Shown: piece by piece, positions 61,507-64,000 of the stretch | How positions within the stretch are numbered: position 1 is the first letter of the stretch | Layout: the number at the start of each line of letters is the position of its first letter | NCBI GenBank assembly: GCA_002189035.1 | Contig: CM007989.1 | Coordinates: 2,170,001 to 2,234,000 of the forward strand | From: Utricularia gibba | Lineage: Eukaryota > Plantae > Magnoliophyta | Length of the DNA: 64,000 nt | Direction: 5' to 3' | Program-made: the position numbers and the translations under genes | The notes under the pieces: model-generated | What the model saw: the letters and a program-made list of their open reading frames with translations, nothing else | The model's database searches: none | Told to the model about the DNA's origin: nothing

Positions 61507-62555
61507 CTACTCAGAATCTGATGAATAAGAGGTGGAGCTCTGCCGTACATTTCTTGATGGAGCCTTGGATTTGTATGAATTCCTTGATGCTTCCCCCTCG
61601 TATGTAATTACCTCTGCTTTTGATAACCTTTCTTCCAGTTCGTCTGTGCTGAAATCATCCGTCCCACCAAGCTCATCAAAACCAACCTAAAATTTTGAGA
61701 ATGAAGGTCTCAGGCAGTGTTATGAACACCAAAAACACGAGTGAAGAGACAACCAACCACATAGTCTTCAACTTTGGCATTCTTTACTAGGGCAACTGTA
61801 GGGAGCACAACAATCCGGAGCTTCTCACTCAAGTATAAACTTTTCTCGGCATTAATCTTCACAAAACGTGTTTCAATATGTTGTTTAGCAAGTATTGCCA
61901 AATGCTTATCCATTACCTGCAGTTTGATTGGGTTTGTTAATATTAACAAGAAGAGAACACATTCAGATTCCTAGAGAGTAGAAACGTAGATCCTTCAAAG
62001 CTTCCATTCTAAATCATGTGACAAAAATTCACAAACTATGATTCTCATCAATGCTCTGCATTCCGATAATAGATCCCAACCAAAAAACAAAGCTAGCAAA
62101 CACGAATCAAGTAAAGCCTCGGCCGCAGAAAACCGAGATCAGAGTTCACAAGATACAACATTTGCGGTAAACGTACCTTGCAAGGCCAATTCTCGCGATA
62201 GAAATGGCAGACAACGCGTTCACTTGCTTTAACAACGGAAAAAAACTCCTTCTCATTTGGGATCTCGGAGTACTCGCCGTGACCAAGGGCTAACCAACGG
62301 TTCCTTTTCTCCGCCATTTTCTTCATCTGCTGCAACCTCCGCTCCTTCAACGCCTCCAAGTCATCTATATCCAGCCGATCCAACGCCGCTATCTCCTCAT
62401 CGATCTTATCCTCCACAGCCTTCGCTACTGCCACAACTTGCCTCTCCAAAATCTGCAATAAAACCATACCCAATCGATTCCAATAAAACCTCGAGATCCG
62501 AAGCATCAGCATTCATCTCGAATCTGCATACCTCTTTCACCGCGGCGTTCTCCAT
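61507..62555 (-). CDS. PLP3: Phosducin-like thioredoxin-domain protein PLP3 (TXNDC9 homolog)
   Basis: MENAAVKE|ILERQV...GHGEYSEI...VVCHFYRENWPCK|VMDKHLAILAKQHIETRFVKINAEK...|VGFDELGGTDDFST...SSDSE*. Confidence 0.92.
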
Positions 62556-64000
62556 CTCTGAACTGAATTCGTCGATTCAGAGACAAGGTGCTGAAGCACT
62601 CATTTCACAAACGTAAAGCCAAACAAAGAACCGCAACCAAGGCCCAATAGTGTACGTATTGGGCTTTTATGTACAACCATGAACGGCGTGCTGGATATGG
62701 GCCAAACAGTTCAAACATAAAGAGCGCCGTTCAATTCGACCTTCCTGATGTGGGGGGGAATCAAAGAATCTTCATTATGTTCCCTTTATGCCCCCGTGTG
62801 GATAAAAGGCTGCCGACAAGGTATTAATTAATCCTGATTTAATACAACATTCAATTAATAAATGGAAAAATTGTTCCCAAAAGATGATCGAGTCATACCA
62901 TTCCAAATTTTCCGTATATTATTTAAAATAATTTTAGGATTGGAAAACCCAGAAACGGTATGAATCGGATCAAAGGTAAGGTTTTAAATTTTTCCCAAAG
63001 GGGATTAGTTCCATTTATTATGAAATAAAATAATTTCAATTATAATTTGAGTTTTTTAGTCCACTATACCAGTGTTTATTAATACTATGATCATTGTTTA
63101 TAAAAACATTTCACGATTTTTACCAAATGTCAAAACTCACGTTTATGATATTCGCTCAACCACTGAAGTCTTATGATTTTAGGTTTTACTTTTTTTAAAG
63201 AAGAAATATCATATAAAATTAAGAATATCAATCTATTTAAGCATTTCCATTATAATGTTCTTGATATGAAATAGTTAATACATATTTCATTTTTTAAACA
63301 CCCTTCATTTCATGAGTTTTTACCTGAAAATGTTATGGATGCAACACTTTGGATTCTTATCGACTGAATTTGGAATATTGATTAAGAGGTGTGTGTGGGA
63401 AATTGAAGATGTAAAAATGAATGCAATTATTAGAGTTGTTAGTCAAAAAGATGCTTGAAAAGGAAGGAACTTTGGTGCATGTGTCCTTACCCTGTGTGGT
63501 GCTGCCCGCCTGGTCCCTCATCAATTAATTGCCATAGAATTTCTTACCATGGGAGTAAATGAAATGGTGAAATTCTACCCTGAAATTATTCTGCCTCTCG
63601 ATATTCTCTTTTTCCTGGGATCAACGCAAACCCCTGCTTTATCTCTGGGAAGAGGACGCAATTATGAACCCTAATCTTGATTAATTAGCACTGGTTAAAG
63701 TGTTTAGTGGGAGCGTTAATTGCCCAGATCACTCCAAGTGGCAAAAGGGTAATTGTCCACATCCGTGGCTGTCCACGTCATTACCGGCTAAATGAAATGG
63801 GTGTTTTTTTTTAAATTGAATTGTGTAAAAAAGAAAAAGAAAAAAAAACATTGACTTTGGGTGGGTCAATTATGAAATTCCTGGCTGCGCGGTGGTACAG
63901 TGAAAAGTGAAGTTACCGGTCCATGACACAGAGCGGCCGGAAGGAATTTTGTTGATGGAGGCGGAGGCGGAGGCGCATCATTTTGTTTTTTTTGGGGTTA

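Noticed and set aside
63955-64000. ATG GAG GCG GAG GCG GAG GCG CAT..., possible start of the next gene
   Set aside because: Only 15 codons before the window ends; it cannot be identified.

Overview
Plant nuclear DNA from a very compact eudicot genome: 21 protein-coding genes plus one decayed F-box gene in 64 kb (about one gene per 2.9 kb), mostly 55-110 bp GT-AG introns and AT-rich spacers. A Lentibulariaceae-type miniature genome is plausible but is inference only. Gene order: RBP47(+), stand-alone SDR(-), DJ-1C(-), TRX-m3(+), DNE1-like NYN endoribonuclease(+), SPARK receptor kinase(-), IRX15-like(+), PTEN2(+), cyclase/kynurenine formamidase-like(-), secreted LRR(+), PPR(-), BGAL17(+), CAD(-), UGT84A(+), F-box pseudogene(-), bHLH113-like(-), LYR protein(-), NOXY2/NFD6-like(+), C2H2-EAR zinc finger(+), TIP41(-), GH3(+), PLP3(-). 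There are three Tourist-like MITEs with TTA target-site duplications. I found no tRNA, rRNA, CRISPR array or autonomous transposon. Eight separate 1-bp deletions in G/C runs break four otherwise intact genes, which most likely reflects long-read consensus error rather than biology. I cannot support an entirely new biological system. The best leads are a degenerate miR159-like arm pair and a neighbouring 16-bp inverted repeat between GH3 and PLP3, a divergent DNE1 with one LOTUS domain, a DJ-1C that retains a catalytic triad, a possible non-AUG extension of PTEN2, and two MITEs between CAD and UGT84A. All homologue names and Arabidopsis IDs are recalled from memory, not searched.
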